A stretch of 64,000 nucleotides of DNA, taken from Nitrosopumilaceae archaeon. Its GTDB lineage: Archaea > Thermoproteota > Nitrososphaeria > Nitrososphaerales > Nitrosopumilaceae. Below, in pieces: positions 1 to 10,392 of this stretch. The notes below the pieces were generated by a model, which ran no database searches, was not told the DNA's origin, and worked only from the letters and a program-made list of their open reading frames with translations. A program made the position numbers and the translations under genes. The DNA is taken from the NCBI GenBank assembly GCA_965208905.1, contig OZ242365.1, positions 1,088,001-1,152,000 on the forward strand, in the 5' to 3' direction. Positions within the stretch are counted from its first letter, which is position 1, and every line of letters starts with the position of its first letter.

Positions 1-18
1 AAATATCATGCCAACAGA

Positions 19-1353
19 CTACAATACAACTTTGCCCGGATTAAATATTGTATAAGGGTCAAACAACTCTTTGAGACGTAAAAATGCATTGTAATTCTTA
101 TCGCCGTACTGCTGTGCCACATAAGGGGTTCGGCCTAAACCATCGCCATGCTCAGCAGTTATAGTTCCATGCATCTGCATTATACTGTCCAGATACCATT
201 TTGACAGATGCCTATTGGCAGGGTGACGCACATGTATGTTGCCATTACCAATATGGCCATAATAGTATACTTTTTGACTTGACCGTCTCTCTAGTTCATA
301 TAGCAACTCCATTAAAGATGGTATCTTTTCAAGTGGGACGGCAACATCTTCTATCATATCTGGCGTGTCACGATAGTACGACATTGTGCGTGAGAGGGCC
401 GAAGACCTGTGGGACCACCATATTTGAGCATCAGACTTATCTTCACATAGTATAATTTTACCTTGTGCTATGTTGTGTAATGTGTCATACCACTGTACTA
501 AAGGCACATCAAACTCCACAAACAGCACTGTATTATCATCATTATACAGTACGCCCGGGCCCATTATCTCCAGCGACAGTGGATTTAATTTTAATATATT
601 AATACAGTCAGAGGCGGCGGCATGTCCATCTGCATAAGATATTATGACAAGATAGACCAGTGATGGTTTAGTAAAAGTCTTTAAATCAACAGATACAATT
701 ACACCCAAGGTTCCCTCAGAGGCAGCCACCACTTTATGCGAGTCTTCGGGTGTGGTAACAGCATCCAGTCTGTATCCGGATGAGTTTTTTGTGGTACACG
801 GATACATATCCAAGTCGATATCAGAGCATATATCATATATCATACCAGAATAATGTTCATTATCCGGAAGTGTAATTATATCACCACGTCCATCAATTAT
901 GGTAATCTTGATTAAATTATCTATCGTACAGCCATACTTTAGTGAGTGACTTCCAGCAGCATTATTTGCTACCATTCCTCCCACCGTACAGTATGGACCC
1001 ACTGAAGGGTTTGGTCCATAAAGGCGCGACTTAGACTCCAATATTTTATCCAACATGCCCTTGTACACGCCAGAACCTGCTGATAATACATCATTATTTA
1101 GTGCAAGATCATTGAACAGTCTCATGTCCAGTATTATGCCAGAGTTTAGGGCTCCACCAGTCAAACCAGTACCACCGCCCCTACACGTTATGGTGGTATT
1201 ATTGTGTGTGGCATGATGTATAATGTGTTGTATATCCTCTAGATTTGAGGGCACATAGACAGAGTCGGGTATGATGGAAAATCCACTAGCATCAACCGAG
1301 TAAAATCTGCGGTATGGTAGATCCTTTATAATTTTATTCTGTAATAATCCCAT
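19..1353 (-). CDS. FAD-binding oxidoreductase (GlcD/D-lactate dehydrogenase-like)
   Basis: RGGGTGLTGG FAD-binding motif, GPNPS..CTVGGM, ASEGTLG, GHIGNGNIH, AEHGDG and FDP..IFNPGK motifs of the FAD_binding_4/FAD-oxidase_C family. Confidence 0.9.
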   Translation of the reverse strand: MGLLQNKIIKDLPYRRFYSVDASGFSIIPDSVYVPSNLEDIQHIIHHATHNNTTITCRGGGTGLTGGALNSGIILDMRLFNDLALNNDVLSAGSGVYKGMLDKILESKSRLYGPNPSVGPYCTVGGMVANNAAGSHSLKYGCTIDNLIKITIIDGRGDIITLPDNEHYSGMIYDICSDIDLDMYPCTTKNSSGYRLDAVTTPEDSHKVVAASEGTLGVIVSVDLKTFTKPSLVYLVIISYADGHAAASDCINILKLNPLSLEIMGPGVLYNDDNTVLFVEFDVPLVQWYDTLHNIAQGKIILCEDKSDAQIWWSHRSSALSRTMSYYRDTPDMIEDVAVPLEKIPSLMELLYELERRSSQKVYYYGHIGNGNIHVRHPANRHLSKWYLDSIMQMHGTITAEHGDGLGRTPYVAQQYGDKNYNAFLRLKELFDPYTIFNPGKVVL

Positions 1354-2663
1354 CTCTCTGGATCAAACTTTGCCACAAATTCAGCTTCTTCGCGGTCTAT
1401 TCTAGATTGTATTACATCACGCAAGGCAAAGCTTGTCAAATATTTGAACATCTTTGTGTGTGCCTGCATTACAAAGAGGTGGCGCATCTGCTGACCCCCT
1501 CCCAGGCCCCAGTAACCCATGCGCAAGGCTAGAGGTTCTAAAAATACAGTATTATGTAAAGCATAATTTACATCATTAATTCTTGGATCCAAAGTATAAC
1601 TCTCCAGAGGACCACCTTTGGCAAATCCCAATATCTCACCAGTACAGTTGTTTAGGCGCAATGTGTTTAGTATAATCTCTGGATCCCGTATGGATTGTTC
1701 AAAGGATTCGGGGCTAAACTGTAGTGGTTTTGGTAGCTCGGCAAATATATCAAAGAGTGTACTAATAAATTCTGGATTATTTCGTGCCTCCATGGTCTCT
1801 ATGGTGGGTACAAATCGCAGGTTATCATATGTGTACTCTGCTTGTATCGTGATCTCTTTGGTGCGTAGATGCATAAACGACAGTACCGCATTAAAAAAAT
1901 TCTTGCGTAACTCATATGGTATGGATGATAGTACATGTTGGCACATCTTTGACTCGTTGTTAAGTAGATCCTCAAAGTATGCTACAGAGCGCCTTACAAT
2001 CAGTGATGGGTGCCAGGCTAGTGCATGTGCATTCATCTTTGCCAGTACCATAGCATGAGCAAAGTCGCCCAATGCATAGCCGCATATGCGGTCCACCACA
2101 GATAGGTACCAACCCAAATTCATATAGTGTTCCTGGAGCTCTACGTTGTCTCTAGTAAGTTCAGATGATGCAAAACACTCATCTATCTTAGCTTGTGCCA
2201 CGTCCCGGGTTTGGCCGCTCCATGGATGTGTAGTTCGAAGTATGAGCATCTTTACGATATTTAAATCGACATCAGCTTTGCGCATCATATTCAAGACATC
2301 CTTGTTGCTTGTGATAAAAGAGAGTACACTCATCTCATGGGGCTTATCCATTATTTTTAGAGGATCAAAGTCGTGAAAGAGTGCAGCGGTGTATATATGA
2401 CGAATATCCGATTTTGTAAAGTTCATCTTGTTCTTTGTGGTACATGTTGATAAAAGGGAGATGTATGTGACCGCCAGTTCATGATCTATGTTGTGATAGC
2501 CATAGTATTCTTTACCAAGGCCCATACTCTCAAACAACTCAATAGCGTAGTCTAACATATCTATAAGAGAGGGCTCCTGTAGGCCACTCTCCTGTAGTAT
2601 CTTGACAATGTTGTCACGACTTGCCAATTCTGCAGGAGTCGTAACACTAGTCAGCGGCAACAC
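1326..2663 (-). CDS. HD-domain protein with probable C-terminal GNAT-like domain
   Basis: YHNIDH...FHDFD HD motif; C-terminal ILGFAKGG...VFLEPLALRMGYWGLGGG resembles acetyl-CoA-binding motif A. Confidence 0.7.
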   Translation of the reverse strand: MLPLTSVTTPAELASRDNIVKILQESGLQEPSLIDMLDYAIELFESMGLGKEYYGYHNIDHELAVTYISLLSTCTTKNKMNFTKSDIRHIYTAALFHDFDPLKIMDKPHEMSVLSFITSNKDVLNMMRKADVDLNIVKMLILRTTHPWSGQTRDVAQAKIDECFASSELTRDNVELQEHYMNLGWYLSVVDRICGYALGDFAHAMVLAKMNAHALAWHPSLIVRRSVAYFEDLLNNESKMCQHVLSSIPYELRKNFFNAVLSFMHLRTKEITIQAEYTYDNLRFVPTIETMEARNNPEFISTLFDIFAELPKPLQFSPESFEQSIRDPEIILNTLRLNNCTGEILGFAKGGPLESYTLDPRINDVNYALHNTVFLEPLALRMGYWGLGGGQQMRHLFVMQAHTKMFKYLTSFALRDVIQSRIDREEAEFVAKFDPERWDYYRIKL

Positions 2664-2745
2664 AATTATACATTAGAATAACATATTTTTAAAAGATTAT
2701 GATTTGCCAAAAATAGATTAATGGTTATGCAGCCATGCAGATATA

Positions 2746-3330
2746 ATGCAGGGTGTAGAGTGCAGTGATGCAAATATCAATCTGGCTGCACGCATGGTGC
2801 AGCAGGGCAAAGTCATAGTCTTTCCCACTGATACTGTATACGGTATAGGATGTGACCCGTACAACATACAGGGCATAAGACGAATATACCAGATAAAGGG
2901 GCGCGATACATCAAAGTCCCTACCAGTACTGGTAAAGTCAGTGGATACAGCACAGCAGATGGCCATCATGACAGATTGTGCCAAAAGACTAGCAGAGAGA
3001 TTCTGGCCAGGACCTCTTACAATAATACTATACATGCAGAAAGACGGCCCCAAGTATGTGTCACAGAACGACAAGATAGCCGTGCGCATGCCAGATGGAC
3101 GGTGCATCCGAGAGTTATTAGATAGATGTAATTGCATAGTGGGGAGTAGCGCCAACATTTCAGGACATGGATCATCACGTACACTACAGGATATAGATGT
3201 GTCATGTGACATGGCATTAGATGGTGGTATCATACCCAAAGGTGGCGAGTCAAGTATTGTGGATGCAACAAGAGAGGATATTGTAATATTACGCCAGGGG
3301 GCCATATCAAAAGAGGACATGCTATGTTGA
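2746..3330 (+). CDS. sua5: L-threonylcarbamoyladenylate synthase (Sua5/YrdC/TsaC)
   Basis: FPTDTVYGIG, KGR, FWPGPLT, AVRMP, SSANISG, SSIVD, LRQGA motifs. Confidence 0.93.
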   Translation: MQGVECSDANINLAARMVQQGKVIVFPTDTVYGIGCDPYNIQGIRRIYQIKGRDTSKSLPVLVKSVDTAQQMAIMTDCAKRLAERFWPGPLTIILYMQKDGPKYVSQNDKIAVRMPDGRCIRELLDRCNCIVGSSANISGHGSSRTLQDIDVSCDMALDGGIIPKGGESSIVDATREDIVILRQGAISKEDMLC

Positions 3331-3839
3331 ACCTCATAGTCACATGCTTTAGACATGCAGAAGAAGATGCCATCCTAGAGATGAAAAGATTAACCGATGA
3401 TACCGTTAGTATGAAACAGACCAACATCTCGGGAGTATTGACTGGTCTGACATCTAAAGATCCAATAATGATATCACAAGGCATACAAGATATGGTCGCA
3501 GAGGAGCCATGGAGTGTTCGGTATGTACGCCGCATAATACCCATACAGAGTGTGGTAAATACCGACATTGACAGTATAATGGAAGGCATACAACATGTAC
3601 GACATCATATCACAGATGATGATACATGGCGCGTATCTATTAAAAAACGCAACACCTCATTATCAAGTCAAAAGATAATATCAGATATTGCCGGTATGAT
3701 ACCAAACAAGGTATCATTGGAGTCTCCAGATATTATTATACATGTGGAGATATTGGGCGGCATAACCGGAGTTGCAGCTCTACGGCCAGGAGATGTATTT
3801 AGTTTGGATAAAACAAAGAGATCACTATCTGAGAATTGA
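3324..3839 (+). CDS. THUMP-domain RNA-binding protein
   Basis: WRVSIKKR...KVSLESPDIIIHVEI THUMP signature; overlaps sua5 stop. Confidence 0.85.
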   Translation: MLNLIVTCFRHAEEDAILEMKRLTDDTVSMKQTNISGVLTGLTSKDPIMISQGIQDMVAEEPWSVRYVRRIIPIQSVVNTDIDSIMEGIQHVRHHITDDDTWRVSIKKRNTSLSSQKIISDIAGMIPNKVSLESPDIIIHVEILGGITGVAALRPGDVFSLDKTKRSLSEN

Positions 3840-4562
3840 TGCGCACTCCACTAAGATGTCCTCTAAATTATAGCCAGCACGTTTATGCGATTGTGCAAAT
3901 CCAAAGGTCTGTTGGAGCCTCTCTACGTCTCCAGAAAATTTCATTGTTGAGCATTGTACATTACAGAGTAGTTGACGTAACTCTCTGGATTCGCCCAAAG
4001 ATATTACCAGACACGTATCATTGGTAGGGGCGCCGGCCGTTTGAATGGCACTGGATATCTGTGTGGTCCCAGCCAGCCGCTGTATAATATCAATCTCTAA
4101 ATTATTTGATAAGATGTCTTTGTTCTTCTCTGCCGTTATGGATATTTCAAGAATGCGGCGCAGGTGCGACTCACTTAGGACGTAATGGGGGTTTATGGCC
4201 TGTATACGTAGTGTCGGATAGGACTGTCGCATCTCATCCAAGTTTATGGCATCTGCTCTGGCGCAAAATACCAGAACTACATATGGAGGGATATCAAACC
4301 ACAAACCACTAGAGCCTCCATGTATTATGGGTATTATAGAGACAACGTCTCCATCACGTATTATTGTGTTACGTCCATCTAGTGCGGATGAGTCTACTCC
4401 ATTTACGGCTACCAATATATTTTTGGTGTCAGGTATGGGCGTATTTGGCGGAAGGTTCTGTACCATGTTATGTAATAATTTAGATATAGTTGTTTCAGAT
4501 GTGTCTGGAGTATATTGTGGAAATGTCTTTTTTGCGCCACCAAGTAATTTAATAATTATCAT
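3825..4562 (-). CDS. MoaD/ThiS ubiquitin-like domain fused to KEOPS subunit Cgi121
   Basis: N-half VAVNG...DGDVVSIIPIIHGG (beta-grasp sulfur carrier); C-half SNNLEIDII..LAGTTQISSAI..AG (Cgi121). Confidence 0.8.
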   Translation of the reverse strand: MIIIKLLGGAKKTFPQYTPDTSETTISKLLHNMVQNLPPNTPIPDTKNILVAVNGVDSSALDGRNTIIRDGDVVSIIPIIHGGSSGLWFDIPPYVVLVFCARADAINLDEMRQSYPTLRIQAINPHYVLSESHLRRILEISITAEKNKDILSNNLEIDIIQRLAGTTQISSAIQTAGAPTNDTCLVISLGESRELRQLLCNVQCSTMKFSGDVERLQQTFGFAQSHKRAGYNLEDILVECASILR

Positions 4563-4631
4563 ATAATTTTTGTATAAATATGCGACAAAAAAACGTTTGG
4601 AATTAACTGGTGTAAAATGTTGTTTTAATAA

Positions 4632-4988
4632 TTATGCTACTTTTTCATCCGATGTTGTAACTATAGGTTCCGCATCATCGGGTGTCGCGCTATCGGTGGA
4701 TTCATTATTATCATAATCATCAACTATGACTTCAGTGTCTGTAACCTCCAATCGTGCCAGCTCGGCGGCCTCCTCTTCACGAGCCTTCTGGTCTGCAAGT
4801 TGCTTTTGCTCCTCACGGGCAATACGTTTAACTGTCTTTGTGATAAAACCAGCTATTTCGTTCTTGAGTTCTTTGGAGGTGATCGTAGATATTGTCATCA
4901 AGGCCTTTTTGTTATCCTCAAAGTTCTCACCAAAGCTGTCTTCGTATTTTTCAAGCAGATCTGTGGAGATTCGTCTTACTCTATTCAC
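4632..4988 (-). CDS. rps17e: 30S ribosomal protein S17e with acidic C-terminal extension
   Basis: F..NFEDNKK...SKELKNEIAGFIT signature. Confidence 0.92.
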   Translation of the reverse strand: MNRVRRISTDLLEKYEDSFGENFEDNKKALMTISTITSKELKNEIAGFITKTVKRIAREEQKQLADQKAREEEAAELARLEVTDTEVIVDDYDNNESTDSATPDDAEPIVTTSDEKVA

Positions 4989-5441
4989 TATTTATTATGC
5001 GCCATGGAGGGGTAATTATACCTATAGATTTTGGTCTGGCGATGGTTTTTAGAGGTTGGATATCTATTACGGGTGGCCACATACTGGTCTTGAGTATGAT
5101 ATTGCAAGCCAAAGGTTGTAACATATGTTTGATGCGTAGTGAACTGAATTAAAATCCTTATATGATAGACAATAATTTCGGCTAAAATTAATACAAAAAT
5201 CACATAAACATAATATTGTACCAAAGACTCACAAACTGGATTATATCATAACGATATCTACGCAATTAGAATTACTGTACAGCAAACAGGATACAAGTGG
5301 GTTATACAGAATAAAGACATGTATATCCACCCCGCAGCAACTTGTTGCGGTAATACACCTAGGCATACTTAATGACTCTTAGATGGTCGTACATCTTGGC
5401 TAATTTTATCTCCCCTGTACAATATATGCAATTTATGGACT

Positions 5442-5774
5442 CTACAACCTCAGCTGAAAGTGTGTTGTTTTTGTCTCTTGCACTGCCCTTACTGGCTTGA
5501 TCAGAACAACTAATTTATTCAAAAACCCCAACATATTCCCTTTGAGATTGCGGTATTTGATATACATTTTCGGCAGTCGAATCTCATGCTGCCCGCACAT
5601 CTGACGATCAGAGCCTATGTGAAACCGACCAAAACACGGGCCCTGGCCCACCATACCGTCAAGTTTAGGTAGAAACATCTTCAGCGCCTCGATCTTTCTG
5701 GTGTCCGACACCCGGTTGGTACGTCTCCGTAGAACATCTGCAGGTGTATAATACTCAAATCTTTGTGCGGTCAT
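5442..5774 (-). CDS. hypothetical protein (possibly a remnant)
   Basis: 110-aa ORF whose ATG overlaps the tatD stop (ATGA coupling); no recognisable motif. Confidence 0.3.
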   Translation of the reverse strand: MTAQRFEYYTPADVLRRRTNRVSDTRKIEALKMFLPKLDGMVGQGPCFGRFHIGSDRQMCGQHEIRLPKMYIKYRNLKGNMLGFLNKLVVLIKPVRAVQETKTTHFQLRL

Positions 5775-6529
5775 TTGAGATAGTTACACAGATAGGATTT
5801 CATATTAGAGTGTAGTTGTTCTATCATATCCGCATAGGAGTATCGGAATGCTTCAGCAGCTACAAACGCCACACTAGGCAGAAACCCCAGCTGAGCTGGC
5901 ATGTGGCAGAAACAGCCAGAGAAACTCACCGGGCCGTCTGTCTCTATCAGGAGCCTATCCAAATGTGTCAATGAGAGTAGTCTCTTTTTATCAGAGGCAT
6001 ATACTGAGAGGGGCCCATATGACACATATAGTCCCATATCCATAGCTCGACGCAGATTTGACTTGTTGCCATCAAACCAATGGAGTAGTGAGCGACACGA
6101 GTACGATGTTAATATATCAAGTATCATATCAAGACTCTTGCGAGAGTGTATGGATACAGGTAAATTCAACTCTTCGGCCATATCCAACTGTGTAGTAAAG
6201 AGTGCCTTCTGCGTCTTCATATCTACAGAGTATGTAGGATCAAGACCCATCTCGCCTACTCCTACAATCTCTTGGTTATGTATGATATCAGATATATGCT
6301 GTATGTCATCTGTATCAGCAAACTGTGGGTGTATGCCCACAAAGGGTAACACTCGAGGACTCATCCGAGATAGCTGTATCGTGTTTATAGAGTCCTCTAA
6401 ATTAGTCGATACACAGCAGGCAACCATATTGGTGGCATCCATGCCTCGCAGAATATACTCCATATGGGGCGAATAGTGTGCATCAGAGAGGTGTATGTGT
6501 GCATCATATAGAGGAGTAGTTTGTTTCAT
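5771..6529 (-). CDS. tatD: TatD-family DNase/amidohydrolase
   Basis: DAHIH, GIHP, GEMGLD, SIHSR, LHWF, LLIETDGP. Confidence 0.93.
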   Translation of the reverse strand: MKQTTPLYDAHIHLSDAHYSPHMEYILRGMDATNMVACCVSTNLEDSINTIQLSRMSPRVLPFVGIHPQFADTDDIQHISDIIHNQEIVGVGEMGLDPTYSVDMKTQKALFTTQLDMAEELNLPVSIHSRKSLDMILDILTSYSCRSLLHWFDGNKSNLRRAMDMGLYVSYGPLSVYASDKKRLLSLTHLDRLLIETDGPVSFSGCFCHMPAQLGFLPSVAFVAAEAFRYSYADMIEQLHSNMKSYLCNYLK

Positions 6530-6583
6530 TAGACATCTTTGTGATATTTTTTTAACTTTAATACTTATTTAAAAATCAAATAC

Positions 6584-6820
6584 ATGTATCATATGACTAC
6601 AAAGAGTACAGAGTTTGGACTCTCACCTATGTATAGGATACTAAAAAAGAGTGGAGCCGGACGTATTAGTGATGAGTCTGCTACCGAGTTGCGACGAATT
6701 ATAGAGGATATGGCCGAATCTGTGGCTAAAGGGGCAGTAGAATTAGCTACACATGCAGGACGCAAAACGATAAAAGCCGAAGACATCATATTGGCCTCAA
6801 AGATGGTCGGCAAGATATAG
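6584..6820 (+). CDS. archaeal histone (HMf-like)
   Basis: RILKKSGA.RIS...HAGRKTIKAEDI histone-fold signature; start may be ATG at 6593. Confidence 0.92.
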   Translation: MYHMTTKSTEFGLSPMYRILKKSGAGRISDESATELRRIIEDMAESVAKGAVELATHAGRKTIKAEDIILASKMVGKI

Positions 6821-6854
6821 AGTTTAAATTATTCTTATAGTATGGTCTGTATGC

Positions 6855-6926
6855 GGTGAGGTGGCAGAACGGTTATGCGTGGGCCTGCAAAGCCTATACA
6901 AGAGGGTTCGACTCCCTTCCTCACCT
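6855..6926 (+). tRNA. tRNA-Cys(GCA)
   Basis: Acceptor GGTGAGG/CCTCACC, anticodon loop CT-GCA-AA, T-loop GGTTCGACTCC. Confidence 0.93.
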
Positions 6927-7343
6927 CTCTTCTGTTACCAGTATTGTGCCGTTCATCCATGGATGTAATGTACAATGATACAGAAAACTTCCCACATACT
7001 CAAAGGTGTACGTGAATGTCTGATCATACTCCATGTGACCGCTATCAAATAAGTCTGTAGCGTTTCCATATACACCTGATGTCACACTATGAAATGCAGC
7101 GTCCTGATTCTCCCAGGTTATTGTATATCCCAAGGGTATAGATAATACATCTGGAATGTAGCAGGCGTTATCCTCCTCGCATCCGGGTCGTGACGACTTT
7201 GTGGGCATTACAATGTCAGGCTCCTGTATTATATCAGTAACAACTGATGGGGCATCTTCTGTATACAATGTTGATAATAATAGTACAGATACCAGAGATA
7301 TCACTACCAGAGATACTACTACAGACAGGATTACAATCCTCAA
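6921..7343 (-). CDS. membrane-anchored blue copper (plastocyanin/cupredoxin) protein
   Basis: N-terminal TM; W.N.D.AFHSVTSG and YHCTLHPWM type-1 copper ligands. Confidence 0.9.
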   Translation of the reverse strand: MRIVILSVVVSLVVISLVSVLLLSTLYTEDAPSVVTDIIQEPDIVMPTKSSRPGCEEDNACYIPDVLSIPLGYTITWENQDAAFHSVTSGVYGNATDLFDSGHMEYDQTFTYTFEYVGSFLYHCTLHPWMNGTILVTEER

Positions 7344-7957
7344 GTGTGTTCATAGTTGTATAATACGCGCTTTATACATAGGTAGGGGTTTGGGTGGAAA
7401 TTACATACTAAAGTTCATAGAACTACCGGGGGCATTCTACAAGGATAAACCCCCAAATTGTCTAAACATATATCGAAAAATATAAGGATCATCAATTTAG
7501 AATACCAATAATGAATAAATGCGATCAAAAGACATAGGAACAATTCCAACAGTACCGCTTTACGTTCGTCTTGTTTGTTATCGTGCGAATTGCAGGTAAT
7601 CTAAAGGCGCTATACTCGCCCGTAAAGCTGAAATCCAACATCCTATCCAAATCATATGGCAGTCATTCCTGAAGAGTGATGGGGCTATCGTTCATGCAGA
7701 ATAAGGATGAGCTCGACCGGCACTATCAAAGTAGTAGAGTCTATATTTGCTGCCCTGAAGGGGCGGCGGGAAATGGGGAGGTAGCCTTCGTTCCCGTAGG
7801 ACACACATTCAGGACAGGGAGGTGGCCACACAGACCATCGTGTGTAATAGACACACCCCAGGCTGCGTGAACACTTACATCAGATTTTTTAATGAAGATA
7901 TCGGATGGAACATAATGAAAGATGTGTGGCCGCTGTGGCCGTCTGGTGAGCAGTGAC

Positions 7958-9475
7958 ATGGAGCATGCTCCCATAGAGATAGACGAGGAGGTTCTAGAGG
8001 ATCTCAGGACGGCGGTACGCGGGAAGGTGATGGTGCAAGAGTCGACAAGACTGCTGTACTCACTGGACGGAAGTTCATACCAGGTGGTTCCGGACGTGGT
8101 GATTGTCCCAGAGGACGAGGTGGACGTGGTCCGGGCCGTGATAATCGCAGGAGAGGAGGACATCCCGATCACGCCACGCGGATGCGGTACCGGACTAGTG
8201 GGTGGTTCATTGAATGTCGGAATCTGCCTTGACATGAAGAACCTCAACTCCGTCAGTGTGGACGGAGATAGCGCCACCGTAGGGTCTGGTGTAGCTAGAG
8301 GGGCCCTCGACCGGGTGCTGGGCAAGCACGGCAAGATGCTTGGCCCCAACCCATCGGTGGGCGGTTTCTGCTCGATCGGCGGCATGCTAGCACACAACTC
8401 GGGCGGAAGCAGAAGCGTCAAGTATGGCAGTATGGTGGACAATGTGGCAAGGATCACGTTCGTCGACGGAACTGGAAGGATGATCACGCTTCCGGACGAC
8501 GAGGATATAGGGCAGGATGTCATGAGGATTGCCAAGCTTATAGACAGGGACAAGTTCCCAAAGGTGACCAAGAACGCCTCAGGATACAGACTAGACAGTA
8601 TAGGATCCATCGGCGAGACCCACAAGCTGTTGGTTGGCTCTGAGGGGACATTAGGGGTTATTCTCTCGGCTGATCTGAACATCGTCGACGAGCCCAAAAA
8701 CAAGATGCTTTTCGTGCTAGGGTACGACTCATCCTACAGCGCAATGGCTAACTGCCCCAAGGTGGTCGGAACGGGTCCGTCGGCATGCGAGTTTATAGAC
8801 CACCACATTCTCTCCCAGGCGGATCTGGGCCTGGATCCTGGAACAAACTGCATACTACTGGTGGAGTATGACGACGACCTGCAGGAGCGCGCCGCGATGC
8901 TCAGATCGGTCGTTACCGGCACCATAGTCGCCGAGTCTGGCGACCAGAAGGAGATGGACTGGTGGTGGGACCACAGGAACGCTGCGCTTCATCACAGCCT
9001 GGTTGCCGTCGACAAGCACAAGCGGACGCCGCACATGATCGACGACGCGGCCGTGCCGCTGGACCGTATGGTGGAGATGCTTCACATCCTGGACGGCATA
9101 AACGAAAAGTACGGCACAAGCATCATCACGTTCGGGCACGTGGGCAGCGGGAACATTCATGCCCGCTTGGAGATGGATAACACAAAGACCGACACCATAA
9201 GGAAGATCGCGAGTGCGTACTGCAGGGAGATCAACAAGCTTGGAGGTACCATAACCGCCGAGCACGGGGACGGATTCGCGTCCTCGGAGTTTATCGAGAT
9301 GCAGCACGGGAGTCAGAACTACAACGCATTCAAGGCGGCAAAGAGGTATTTTGATCCATACGAGATACTCAACCCGAACAAGAAGATCACCGAGAAGAGC
9401 ACCATTGTAGAGCACCTCTCTGCGGTGCGCACCTTCCACGGAGGCAAGATGGCCCTCTCCGAGGAAGCCTACTGA
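7958..9475 (+). CDS. FAD-binding oxidoreductase, GC-rich paralogue of 19..1353
   Basis: RGCGTGLVGG, GPNPSVG, GSEGTLG, GHVGSGNIH, AEHGDG, FDPYEILNP; ATG at 7958 preferred over 7922. Confidence 0.9.
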   Translation: MEHAPIEIDEEVLEDLRTAVRGKVMVQESTRLLYSLDGSSYQVVPDVVIVPEDEVDVVRAVIIAGEEDIPITPRGCGTGLVGGSLNVGICLDMKNLNSVSVDGDSATVGSGVARGALDRVLGKHGKMLGPNPSVGGFCSIGGMLAHNSGGSRSVKYGSMVDNVARITFVDGTGRMITLPDDEDIGQDVMRIAKLIDRDKFPKVTKNASGYRLDSIGSIGETHKLLVGSEGTLGVILSADLNIVDEPKNKMLFVLGYDSSYSAMANCPKVVGTGPSACEFIDHHILSQADLGLDPGTNCILLVEYDDDLQERAAMLRSVVTGTIVAESGDQKEMDWWWDHRNAALHHSLVAVDKHKRTPHMIDDAAVPLDRMVEMLHILDGINEKYGTSIITFGHVGSGNIHARLEMDNTKTDTIRKIASAYCREINKLGGTITAEHGDGFASSEFIEMQHGSQNYNAFKAAKRYFDPYEILNPNKKITEKSTIVEHLSAVRTFHGGKMALSEEAY

Positions 9476-9576
9476 CTCCGAGGGTCATGGTGCCTGGCAA
9501 CATACGCCACACCCGGATAGCCGGGTGGATGGCCTAGCCTGCGCAGAGCCATCCTGATGCCTTCATGGCACGCATT

Positions 9577-10392
9577 TCAGGGTGCGGGAGATGCTGGGTA
9601 GGATCCGAGCAGTTTAAGAAAGTCGACTTGCTGCTTGATCTCCGAGATCATCTCTTGGACGTTCTCGTCCTGGCCGTGGCCGTCAAAGTCAATGAAAAAG
9701 TCGTACTCCCAAGAGCCAGCCTTTTTGGGGCGCGACACCATCTTGGTTATGTTTATTCTACGGTCCCGAAAGTGTCCAAGCACGTTGTGCAGGGCTCCGG
9801 ACTCGTCCCGGACGGAGACCGTCAACGAGGTCTTGTTACGGCTGACGGGGTCTGCCGCCTCTTTGGACATTATAAAGAACCGAGTGTAGTTCCGCGGACG
9901 GTCCGCTATATTATAGAACATCACCGGGATACCGTACAGCTCGGCCGCCCCCTCGCTGGCTATGCAGACCGTATCTGCCCGGTTCAGGTCTCTTACTATC
10001 TTGACGCTGTCTGCCGTACTGAATGCCACCATCCGCCGCAGACCGTGGCCCTCTATGAACTTCCTGCACTGTTCCAGCGCCTGAGGGTGGGAGTAGACCG
10101 TGCTTGCCTGTCCTATGTCGCCCAAGCCTATCAGGCAGTGTCGGATGGGGTAGTAAATCTCCCCCACTATGACCAGCGAGGTGGAGAGTAACAGGTCGTA
10201 GGTTTGCCCGACGGCGCCCTCCAGCATGTTTTCTATCGGGATTGCCGCATACTCGGACTCTCCGCTCTCCACCATCCCTAGCGCCCCGCCAAAGGTCTCG
10301 GCGGGCATAGTTACGATGGATTTGCCAAAGAACGACTTGGCCGCGCTCTCGCTATAGGCTCCCCGCGCTCCCGGAAATGAGACGCGCGTCAT
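9577..10392 (-). CDS. pheA: prephenate dehydratase
   Basis: GA.SE.AA, PIEN, SHPQAL.QC, NYTRFF, C-terminal ACT domain (GAL..INIT..SRP, LLGSY). Confidence 0.93.
   Translation of the reverse strand: MTRVSFPGARGAYSESAAKSFFGKSIVTMPAETFGGALGMVESGESEYAAIPIENMLEGAVGQTYDLLLSTSLVIVGEIYYPIRHCLIGLGDIGQASTVYSHPQALEQCRKFIEGHGLRRMVAFSTADSVKIVRDLNRADTVCIASEGAAELYGIPVMFYNIADRPRNYTRFFIMSKEAADPVSRNKTSLTVSVRDESGALHNVLGHFRDRRINITKMVSRPKKAGSWEYDFFIDFDGHGQDENVQEMISEIKQQVDFLKLLGSYPASPAP

Noticed and set aside
6584-6820. Histone as a novelty
   Set aside because: Histones are already known in this lineage.
7741-9439. Long minus-strand ORFs (320 aa, 194 aa) and similar antisense ORFs in 30-42 kb
   Set aside because: They are shadow ORFs opposite well-supported GC-rich genes and show no motifs.
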